Positions 53,263-63,410 of a stretch of 64,000 bases of DNA are shown here, piece by piece. Both the position numbers and the translations under genes were made by a program. Source of the DNA: Ginglymostoma cirratum. Its lineage: Eukaryota. Below the pieces are notes generated by a model. The model saw only the letters and a list, made by a program, of their open reading frames with translations, had not been told where the DNA came from and did not search any database. How positions within the stretch are numbered: the stretch's first letter is position 1; every line of letters starts with the position of its first letter. The DNA is taken from NCBI GenBank assembly GCA_024137785.1, contig JAHRHZ010000087.1:5751818-5815817 (forward strand). The letters are read 5' to 3'.

Positions 53263-54206
53263 GCAGATTAAATATGTTTCAGTTTCAGGCTGCAGCTCAG
53301 GGCATAGCAGTTCAAGGTCCTTTGGCATCCTTTCACAGGAGTGTGCTAGGTCAATGTCTATAATCTAAATTTTTTATAAAATTACTTGGAATTAATTGGA
53401 TAATGTGCTGTTTTATAAGGGGACGCGTGTCTTGCCATGTAATGAAAAAAAATGGCATTGTAGTGATTACATGTGTTTGTGACAAGTTATTGCAGTAGAA
53501 CTGGCTTTGATATCTTATGTTTGTCAGTTGTTTGATGCTACGAACCACTTAGAAGCCACGTTGTATATAAACTGGAGTAGTTCTTTTTAAATCCTTTCTG
53601 GAATAGTATGTATGATCCTGTGATGAGAAGTTATCTCCAAAATTAGAGCAAAGTGTATAAAACTATATCCTTCAGAATGAGTATCATCAATCTGATTGAG
53701 AAACTAGCCCTGAAATATTATCAGCTTTGACAGAGCAGTGAGTCAACAGATTAGAACTTCAGGTGGACTAAATAGAAAAGAGAAAGCCTGTCATTGGATG
53801 GAGAACGATTGAGAGTTGAAAGGAGATCCTACAGACCAGATTTCCAATGCGACTGTTGAGTCCTGTAATAAGAAGGAAGCAGAGTGGCATTCAGGAAAAT
53901 TGAGTCCAAATGGCTTCTCAGGGAATGTATTTTGTGACTGTATGGACCAATGGGAATCTGAGGGACTTGTGTAAACCTTTTTTTCAATGATTTGTTTGAA
54001 GAATGTAGATGATTGACTTTGGTCATTTATGCATTGCCTTGACAAAGTGCTGGGTTTTCACCTTTTGGAACCACTACAATCCTGGGGTTACCTGGGTGTT
54101 AGGTAATGAATTCCAGCACATTGACCCAGCAACAATGAAAGAAAAAGCTGGTGAATGTTTATCACAGTGATATATCACATGTAGTTCCATGATATTACTG
54201 CTCATT

Positions 54207-54990
54207 GGGCTGGATTTTACGTTCCCTCAGCAACAGGTTTGAAGGCGGGGTCATGAACGATCCAGTGTTAGCCTTTTCTCCGCCTACCTGCTGCCTCTCA
54301 GTTTTACAAGGCAAGTAGTGGATGGTCTCCCTGCTTTATGGACAAAGGAGCTGTTAAGTGGTTAATTAAGCAAGTTGGGGGATAAGTTTAGCGGAGATGT
54401 GAGAGGCAAGTTTTTTTTTACACAGAGGGTGGTAAGTGCCTGGAATGCACTGTCGGAGGAGGTAGTGAAGGCAGATACAATCGCAATGTTTGAGGCATCC
54501 TGACAGATATATGGATAGGCAGGAAATAGAGGGGTGCAGACCATGTAGTGGCAAAAGGTTTTTAGTGTAAAAAGGCACCATGTGTTGACGCAGTCTTGGT
54601 GGGCTGAAGGTCTTGTTCTTGTGCTGTGCTGTTCTTTGTGTCTTTATATTCTTGTAAGTGCCAGTTAATGGCATTTGTTCCAACTTCCTCCGTCCGTGCC
54701 TCCAAAAACAAGGGCCAGGCAACATTAGCCATTCCATTTTTGAATTTCCAGGGCAGCCTCACTTCCCCACCATCAATTGTCCATTCCTCTTAATCCTTCA
54801 ATCTTTATTGCCAGAAGCTTTACAAGGCAAGAGACATCCTCCCAAGTGTGGAAACCTCACCGTTAAAGGGACAGACACTGTTCTGTGTGAAATTGCTTCT
54901 GTGTAGCTGTTAGGATCATGGGCTGGTGGCCCTGCCCCAGGCTTTTTTAGCCACATGGCTGGGAACATGCAAGCTCATAAAATCCAGCCA
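54207..54990. mobile_element. Putative non-autonomous DNA transposon (MITE) with 12-bp terminal inverted repeats, containing a CR1 insertion
   Basis: GGCTGGATTTTA at 54208-54219 pairs with TAAAATCCAGCC at 54978-54989. No clear TSD. Confidence 0.5.
54365..54640 (+). mobile_element. CR1 3' fragment
   Basis: Contains FFTQRVVSAWNAL codons and the 3' UTR gggctgaaggtcttgttcttgtgctgtgctgttct. It is homologous to 31320-31560. Confidence 0.82.
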
Positions 54991-55506
54991 GTATTCTTTG
55001 TGGTAATGTGACTAGGAAGTGCTTTTGAAGTAGGTTTATTAGTTTTTTCGCTATATATTGGTGATAAATGAGATGATTGTTGAATTCACCTGGGGAAACA
55101 CTGATCATTTGAACTGTCATGTCCTGAAATGGTGTTGAGTTTTTTCAGATCATCAATGTCGCTTGTATTATTTTTCCACTGTGAAGAGCCTATTCGTTTC
55201 AGTGTCGGGAAGCTGTGATTTTTTTTTTCATGGTTGCCTTCATACCCAAATGTAAAGGGGCTGATTTCTTCTCTGTCTGTGTGGAAACTTCGGGGTTGTT
55301 GCTTGGCAGTATAAAATGGAGGGGGCATGGGAGGCCATTCAGGTAGATGATGAATTTTAATCCCACTCCTGATGTGAGCATTGTGGAGGGGCTTTCAGAG
55401 ATCAGAAGGTGAGTCCTTAATGGATTATCACTACCCTCAGTCCTATTCTGTGACTGCAATGATGTAGCTGGTCCAGCTGGGTTCCAACAAACTCAATTCT
55501 TGGACA

Positions 55507-56059
55507 CAATAAGGACTGCAGATGCCGGAAGCCAGAGTCAATAGGTGTGAGGCTGGAAAAGCACAGCAGAGCAGACAGCATCCAAGGAGCAGGTAAGTCA
55601 ACGTTTTGGGCAGAAACNNNNNNNNNNNNNNNNNNNNNNNNNNNNNNNNNNNNNNNNNNNNNNNNNNNNNNNNNNNNNNNNNNNNNNNNNNNNNNNNNNN
55701 NNNNNNNNNNNNNNNNNNNNNNNNNNNNNNNNNNNNNNNNNNNNNNNNNNNNNNNNNNNNNNNNNNNNNNNNNNNNNNNNNNNNNNNNNNNNNNNNNNNN
55801 NNNNNNNNNNNNNNNNNNNNNNNNNNNNNNNNNNNNNNNNNNNNNNNNNNNNNNNNNNNNNNNNNNNNNNNNNNNNNNNNNNNNNNNNNNNNNNNNNNNN
55901 NNNNNNNNNNNNNNNNNNNNNNNNNNNNNNNNNNNNNNNNNNNNNNNNNNNNNNNNNNNNNNNNNNNNNNNNNNNNNNNNNNNNNNNNNNNNNNNNNNNN
56001 NNNNNNNNNNNNNNNNNATGCTGTCTGCTCTGCTGTGCTTTTCCAGCCTCACACCTACA
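55507..56059. mobile_element. PLE-type family D 3' fragment, inverted pair spanning a gap
   Basis: taggtgtgaggctggaaaagcacagcagagcagacagcat is mirrored at 56018-56058. A 16-bp TSD, TCAATTCTT(G/A)GACACA, lies at 55493-55508 and 56065-56080. The hammerhead region is mostly inside the gap. Confidence 0.8.
55618..56017. other. Assembly gap (400 N)
   Basis: Run of N. Confidence 0.97.
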
Positions 56060-57003
56060 GATTTTCAATTCTTAGACACACAGCTCCATTTATAACGAAA
56101 GTGAAATCTAATTGCTGTGTGTTCTTTTTAAATTAATATTTTGCCCTGTCTGAATATCATATTATATGGTTGAAATAACCTTTTTAAGACAATGGCACGC
56201 TGTACGGTCGCTAATTTATTGACTGTTTATTGGGCAGGAGACAAGGGTTATTGCAGCTGTGCACAAGTCTGATTGCTATCCAAAGAACTCTGGTGTAAAT
56301 CAAGGAAATCCTATCCATAATTTTTTTTCCATTTGCCTTGCTTTCTACACCCCTTTCCTGCCCCATCCCCTTTCCCCGCCCCCTCCAAAAAAAAGGAAAA
56401 GACATTCTCACAGCAATTGACTCTTAGCTGATATCAGCTATCTTCAGTGCAGCAAGTGAATTCAGTGTAAGGTGTACTGGCTAGGCAACTCATTAGGTAA
56501 ACATAACGATGTGAACCATTATGATAATTAGCATTATTTAGTTACTTGTATTCCATTTGTGAATTAATATGCAAACAAGAAGAACAAAATAGTATTTTGC
56601 AATTTGTTTCCAGTTGTCTCGTTCTCACGGAATAAGTAGAATACTACAAAGTGTTGGTGACATTTTATGCATGTCAAAGAATATTTTAAAATCAGAACTC
56701 TGTCATTCATACAATAGGATCTTTTTCGGCTGCAATATATAATCTCTAATAAGAGCCAGCTGCCCGTTCCATATGTTGGGGAATTCAGTATAAATGAGTT
56801 GATTCCTTATCCAATCAAATCCTTGTGCTTGTTTACCAAACATCCAATGGTCTTGACCAAACCTACCTTTTCCACCTCCCTCAGCTTCACATTTCTAAAT
56901 GCGCTGTTCACTCGTTTGATTTATGACAGCTTTGTATAAACTTCTGTTAATGTTGCCTTTGCCAGTTGGGGCTGGCCTTCTCCAAGTACCCAAGCCTGTT
57001 CTG

Positions 57004-57092
57004 AAAACAAAAAAATGCTGGAAATCACAGTGAGTCAGGCAGCATTGGTGGAGTCTACTGTTTTGAGTCTAACTAATTCTTTATCAGAGCTG
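57004..57092 (-). mobile_element. Old PLE 3' terminal fragment
   Basis: aaaacaaaaaatgctggaaatcacagtgagtcaggcagcat resembles the termini at 650 and 8597. Confidence 0.55.
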
Positions 57093-57104
57093 CTCAGTAT
57101 CAAA

Positions 57105-59110
57105 GAATCAAAATGATACAGCATTGGAGGCCATTCAGCCCATTACGACTGTGTCAGCCTTTTGATTTGAATTATCCATCTAGTCCAAATTACTTGCTCT
57201 TACTAATATTTTTTTCCTGGAAAATATTTGTCCAATTTCCTTTTGAATGTTTTTTTTTTGTTGAATCTGCTTCCTTTTTTTTTTTTAGAGATTGCATTCC
57301 AGATAGCACAACACTCATTGTACTGAAATTTCTTTCCTCTGGGTCTTTGGCCATTCATCTTAAATTTACTTCCTTTGGTTACGAAACATTCTGCTGCAGA
57401 ATGTATTTAATCAGAAGTAACTATTCCAGCAAAGACCTAACCAGGGTTTTGTAAGGATTTAGTGGAACCCCCTGTTTTTCTTTGCTGTGTTTTGTTTATA
57501 AGTCAAGGATTCTAATGGTCTCAGCAGCCTTCTTAATTTGTCCTGCCACCTTCAAATATTTCTGTATATACTTCCCTGGTCTATTTCTGCATCTCCATGA
57601 AACCATAAGACATAGAAGCAGAAATTAAGCCATTCGGCCCATCAAATCTGCTCCGCCATTCAATCAGGACTGATAAGTTTCTCAACCCCATTCTCCCATC
57701 TTCTCCCCTTTCATCCCCTTAAATAATCAAGAACCTATCCATCTCTTTCTTAAATACACTCAATGACTGGGCCTCCACAGCCTTCTGTGGCAATGAATTC
57801 CATAGATTCGCCACTGTCTGTTTGAAGGAGTTTCTCCTTATCTCCATTCTAAAGCATCTTCGCTTTACTCTAAGTCTGCGCCATCAGATCCTAGATTCTT
57901 CTGCTAATGAGAACATCTTCCTAACAACCACTCTGTCCAGGCATTCGGTATTCTGAAGTCTCAATTAGATCCCCTGTCATCCTTCTAAACTCCATCGAAT
58001 GTAGACCCAGAGTCCTCAAATTTTCCTCGTATATTAAGCTTTTTATTCCTGAGATCATTCTCATGAATCTCCTTTGGATCTGCTGCAGGGCCAGTGCGTC
58101 CTTCCTAAGATATGGGGCCCAAAATTGCTCTCAATACTCTAAAGATGATATGACCTGAGCCTTATAAAGCATCAGAAGTACATTCCTACTTTTATATTCT
58201 GGCCCTCTCAAAGTAAATGCCGACATTGTATTTGCCTTCCTAACTACGGACTCAACCTGCAAGATAACCTTAAGAGAATCCTGGACTAGGACTCCCAAGT
58301 CTCTTTGAACTTCAGATTTCTGAATTTTGACCCCATTTTAAAAATAGTCTATGCCTCTATTCTTCCTACCAACGTGCATGACCTCACACTTTCCCACGTT
58401 GTATTCCATCTGCTACTTCTTTGCCAGCTCTCCTAACCTGACTAAAACCTTCTAGAGTCTCCATGCTTCTTCAATACTACCTGTCCCTCCACCTATCTCT
58501 GTAGCCAGAATTTAACCAGAATACCCTCAGTTCCTTCACCTAAATCATTAATGTACAAAGTGAAACATTGTGGTCCCAAAACTGACCTTGCGGAACATGG
58601 CTGCCATCCTGAGAAGGTCCCTTTTATTCCCACTCTCTGCTTTCTACCAGACAGCCAATCTTCTATCCATGCTAGCACCTTGCCTTTAACACCATGGGCC
58701 CTTATCTTACTCAGCAGCCTCCTGTGCAGCACCTTGTCAAAGGCCTTCTGCAGGTCCTAGTAGATAACATCAATTGGCTCTCCTTTGTCTAACTAATCTC
58801 CTTTAAAATTGTCCAATTATATTGCCTCTCATTCTTCCTACCAAAAATTATCACTTCACATTTCTCTGAATTAAATTTCTTCTACCTTGTGTTTACCTAT
58901 TTAACCAGTCTATATGTCCATTGAAATCTGTTTCTGTTCTCTTCATTATTTGCTACAGTTGTGAGTTGCATGTCATTTATGAACTTGAAATTATGCCCAG
59001 TGTATCTAAGTCTATATCATTTAACAAATGTCAGAATGACAGGTAGTCCTAATTCACTGTGGGACATCACTGTATACTCACCTCCTGTTTGAAAAAAAAC
59101 TGTTTGTCAC
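57105..59110 (-). mobile_element. Older CR1 (57105-57597 and 58795-59110) interrupted by a younger CR1 (about 57602-58792)
   Basis: The inner copy has ORF peptide HRRLLSKIRAHGVKG..WIEDWL..RKQRVGI...SVLGP..F..YINDL. The outer copy resumes after a short ATCTCC duplication. Confidence 0.82.
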
Positions 59111-61254
59111 AAATGGAAATGCTGCTAGAGGGAGAATCCATAATAACTTCTGAAAGAGAAGTAGATGAATTTAAGGAAATTGAGATAGATTGAGAGAATG
59201 CAACTAAAAAGGGCTCTTTCAGAGATCTATACACAATGGGCTGAATGCTGCTGTCCCCATTCCACCACCCCAATCCCTGCTGTAAATTCTACAAGAGCCA
59301 ATTTTAACCTTACTCAACCAAAGAAAATGGAGCAGACAGGTGACTAAATTAGCCAGGGAATACTTATCAAAGGAGTATCAGTCACCATCATCTTATCTGT
59401 ACAGTTTCAGCACAGAAGTGAGTCCAGGTAAATCAGCATCCACTGATCCCAGGGCCATTTTTGCAAGAAATGATGGACACTGGTCAACAGTAGTGAGGAA
59501 CTGGAGGAAGATGATATGACTAATTATGTTCAAAGGTACAGCAAGAATAATGAAGGATAATTTAAATTTTGTCGCAAAAATATTGTGACTGATTGAAAAG
59601 ATTTAAATCATGAGTTGCAAGAAGGGTGCTGCAGGCATTTGGGAGATGTGTGCACCTTCAGGACTTTGGAAAGGAAAGCTGGTGGGATTTTTTTAGGATA
59701 TGATTGTAAGAGAGGAACATTTTCATGAGTAGAAAAACAAAATAGAGGGAGCTGAATAGATGACCTTTATCCGTTAATTCTTTAACTTCTTTGAAGGGAA
59801 ACAATATCATGAATTGAGATGTTTGGTAACAAAGAAAATAAGTCAATGCTTGTCTTTGCCCTTCAAAATAAATCTAGAGGACCAGACAACTTGTATAGAG
59901 GGGCATGAGGCAAGGTAGAAATTAATGTTGCGCTACTACATTTAATAATGGGTTACTATTCCTGATATGTTCAAGATTTCCTCCCCTTTAACATGAGCAA
60001 GACAAGAATTCCCAGAGGAGTGGCCTTCATAGAACTCAGGAAAGATTTCCTGAGGTCAGTGGCATTGAAATTGGTGTTGAATTGCTCGCCAAAGCAGTGG
60101 CCGGTGGGTCTGTGATATATGGATATTCCACATTTGGGAATTTACAAGTCTAGTTGTGAGAAACTTAGAGAGTTTGTTTTCTTTCTGGATATGGATACAG
60201 AATGCTTTTGAATAGGGATTCACTTCGGCAGAAAGTGGAAAGAATATAGTGGAGGAACTCTGGGTGGGGCTTGAGATAATTTTGCAAAGACTTCAAAGGA
60301 AATGCAAGAAGTGTTCAAAGGTGCCAGTGGAGTACAAGTGAGAGACCAAGGTGAGGTTTAGTAATGAGATTACACTGTTATAATGAGAGTTTGTGTTGGG
60401 AAGCTGGTGAAAAGCATAGCCAGGCAACAAGGCTTCATTAAGAACTAACGTTTCAACACTTGTGATGGAACTTCACTTAAAACTGTGCAGAAGGATAGTA
60501 AAAAGGAGAGTTTAAGCCCTTGATGTTGCTTTAGTCATGCTTACAAGCAGGGAACAGCAAAATGGAGATTATTCAGCAGTGGAGAAGCAACATCTAGAGC
60601 AAGATGAAACCAGCGGGCCGCAGAGAATGAATAATGCTGGCCCCGTGGGAGAAAGTCAAGTTGTTAAACTGAGGTCATCCAGCACAGAAAATAATCACAG
60701 TAAATGGTTAAACTGAAGATGGAGGTTGCAATTCTATCTGGAAGCCAGCATAGGAGGGGGATTTAGCCCAAGAGAATATAGATTAGTATTTGGCACCCAA
60801 CATTGTATGGTGCAAAAAAGTGGAAGGAAATTTTTAAAAATTAAGATTTTTAATAGAAAAGAAAAAATATAATAGTTGTCATATCCCTGAGCAATGTTGA
60901 GGAACATGTACACAGTTCATTATTCCATTTGCTATGCATAACTAAATTATAAACACATCCATTTTAAATATATTTATGCATCATCCATGTTGTCAGTAGT
61001 AACCTTCAGACATATGACAAAGACAAGTGACCTTTCAAAATCTGTGGTTCTTCTGTTTCATTGATTTCTGCAGCCCACATTGGTGAGTCATTTGGCCAAT
61101 TTGAAAGATAATTGACCTCTTCTGGAAAGGTGAAATTGATTTAAAACAGCCTGTTAGGTAATGTTGGTATTGAAATTACTATTTTTATAACTGAGACAAA
61201 ATTTAGATTAATTGTAAATCTGTTGACTGCTGTGGTTGAATTGGAAAGTGTCTT

Positions 61255-61402
61255 GCCTCTAAATAGTCCAATTATAGGTTGAAGTCACACTTCAGCACCT
61301 AAACACACAAATTAAGGCTGATACTCTATTATGTTACTGAAGGAGTGCTGTATTGTCAGACATTTTGTCTTTAAATGAAATAATGGCGCTATTTTGAAGA
61401 GG
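61255..61402 (+). mobile_element. Deu-domain SINE 5' fragment
   Basis: Reads aaggctgatactct...tactgaaggagtgctgtattgtcaga...ggcgctattttgaaga. Confidence 0.55.
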
Positions 61403-61405
61403 CGT

Positions 61406-61726
61406 GGGAGGCAATGCCTACTGGTATTATTGCTGGACTATTAATCTGGAAAGTCAGTTAATGTTCTGGGGACCCGAGTTCAAATTCTGCCATGGCAGAT
61501 GGCGGAATTTGAATTCAATAAAGAATCTGGAATTAAGAGTCTAATGATGACCATGGAACTATTGTCAATTGTTGGAAAAACCCAATTGGTTCGCCTGTGA
61601 CCTTTAGGGAAGGAAACTGCCATCCTTACCTGGTCTAGCCTCCAGACACACAGCAATGTAGTTGACTCTTAACTGCCCTCTGGGCAATAAATGCTGGCCT
61701 AACCAGAAATGCCCATATCGCGTGAG
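61406..61726 (+). mobile_element. SINE family 2, near full length
   Basis: A tRNA-like head with B-box-like gagttcaaattc, body ctttagggaaggaaactgcc, and tail gggcaataaatgctggcc...gcccatatc shared with LINE family 2. Confidence 0.78.
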
Positions 61727-61960
61727 ACATCTTTTTTAAAAAAAGATTTGGGTGCAGGACTCTAAATTCATTCATCCAAGATTAATATCTGTTGTGAAGA
61801 TTTTGAACAGATTCCTGAAAATGCTACTTGTCATGTCCTACTAATCATGGGACAGATTTTGTCTTCACCTTGTCTCTCAACTAATTTCCTACTGTTGGCT
61901 CCAATACCGTGTGCTTTTCCTAATATTTTCTCAATGGCCAAAATGTGGTGGAATTTCAGT

Positions 61961-62100
61961 GAATGAGGAAGGGTCACCATACCCAAAACGTTAACTCTGA
62001 TATTTTTCTTCACAGATGCTGCCAGACCTGCTGAGCTTTTCCAACAACTTCTGTTTTTGTTCCTGATTTACAGCATGCGCAGTTCTTTTGGTTTTTTTTA
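61961..62100 (+). mobile_element. PLE family B solo 3' fragment with a mutated hammerhead, just upstream of the exon
   Basis: Reads aatgaggaagggtcaccatacccaaaacgttaactctg...gttcctgatttacagcatgcgcagttcttttggttttt. Confidence 0.85.
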
Positions 62101-62157
62101 AAAAAACGCTTCTTCATTTGTTTAAAGTAAACAAAGTATGTTTTTCATTTATTGCAG

Positions 62158-62229
62158 GGATCTACGGTTCAATCGTATTAAGGAAATTCGCCCAACAGCC
62201 TTCAAGAGACTGAGGAATCTGAACACTTT
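62158..62229 (+). CDS. PXDN: Peroxidasin (PXDN or paralog PXDNL) internal 72-bp LRR exon, probably exon 2
   Basis: The acceptor is tttttcatttattgcAG (AG at 62156-62157) and the donor is GTAAGT at 62230. The exon is 72 bp, phase 2-2. It translates as (L)[23 protein letters not shown](L), which matches the first LRR of vertebrate peroxidasin (recalled as [24 protein letters not shown]). PXDN and PXDNL cannot be separated from 24 aa. The exon is not in the ORF track. Confidence 0.88.
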
Positions 62230-63112
62230 GTAAGTTTAAGAAATGCCTTGTTTTCCAGAACACACTTATTCTCTCCACGTAGACTAACATTAGATTTTGT
62301 AACATGGGAACTTAAGTTGGCAGTTAAACCATCTGAATGTTTTGTGTACTTGGGATTGGTTCCAAGATGTGGTCAATGCAAAATCATAGTGTGACATTTA
62401 ATGTTCTGGCAGAGTTTGGATTCTCTCCTGACTGGTGAGGGAGTACCGCTTATTAGTAGCAGTTGCCCAGATGGCGGTAAGACTAGCAGCTTTGAAATGT
62501 TAATAGGCTTGTAAACGCTGTTCCTTTCTCACAAGCTTTTCTGAACAACTAGTGAATTTGATTTGGCCGGCTCCATGGATGTAGCAATTACTATCTCCAT
62601 GACCTTTTTGAAGTTCACATTGCTGTAGATATCAATTGACCTAGAGAACCCTAAACTGTATCATATGAATTGTCAGGTTATGTTCTATTGTAGCTTCTTA
62701 GAAAATATTATCATTGGCAATTTCGCAAAGAATCTTTCTTAAAGCACTTTTTCCAAAGAATGTTGTTGCTGTTTATCAAATCAAATGTTTGCATTTCCAG
62801 TGGAATGGGTACTATCTTGTACCGACTAGGAGTTGATTGATGAAGTTTCCTGGGAATACAAGCAGCCAACTTCTTCCTGTTCCTTCATTCTTCCTCACAG
62901 TTATGTGTGCTTTCTGTTGGACAGTTCAGACAATGTCACTAATTGCATATTCATTTAGGACCATTATATATTTGTTATGGTCTGAGATGTCTCTTATTCT
63001 CCATTTTGTTTTCTCCTTGGGCCTTTCATCTTAAGGTAGTAGGAAGCTTGCAAAAGTAGCCCCCGTGCCTCCATAATCTCATGTCATACCAGGGTCACGT
63101 TCAAGAACTTGG

Positions 63113-63410
63113 ATCATAGAATCCCTATGCTGTGGAAGCAGGCCATTCAGCCCATTGAGTCCACACTGACCCTCCAAAGAGCATCCCACCCAGACCTGCC
63201 CCCCACTTCCCCTTTCCCTGTAACCCTGCAATTCCCATGGCTAATCCACCTAACCTGCACATCTTTGGATGGGCGGAGGAAACCACAGCACCTAAAGGAA
63301 ACCCGTGCAGACATGGGGAGAACGTACAGAGAATCACCTGAGACTGGAATTGAACCTGGCTCCCTGACGCTGTGAGGTGGCAGTGCTAACCATTGAGCCG
63401 CCATGCCACC
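63113..63410 (-). mobile_element. HE1-like tRNA-derived SINE
   Basis: Reverse complement of the 24415 family, including ggaattgaacc (B box) and gctaaccattgagcc (A box). Confidence 0.88.

Larger units (their letters stand above)
1..62157 (+). other. Probable large upstream intron (intron 1) of the peroxidasin gene; its start lies outside the window
   Basis: I found no signal-peptide/LRRNT exon (CPxxCxC...RC) and no CpG island upstream of the LRR exon. The sequence is repeat-rich and non-coding. This is an inference from absence. Confidence 0.65.

Noticed and set aside
59400-60900. Purine-rich stretch that may be an old LINE or LTR remnant
   Set aside because: I found no recognisable protein motif or terminal structure.
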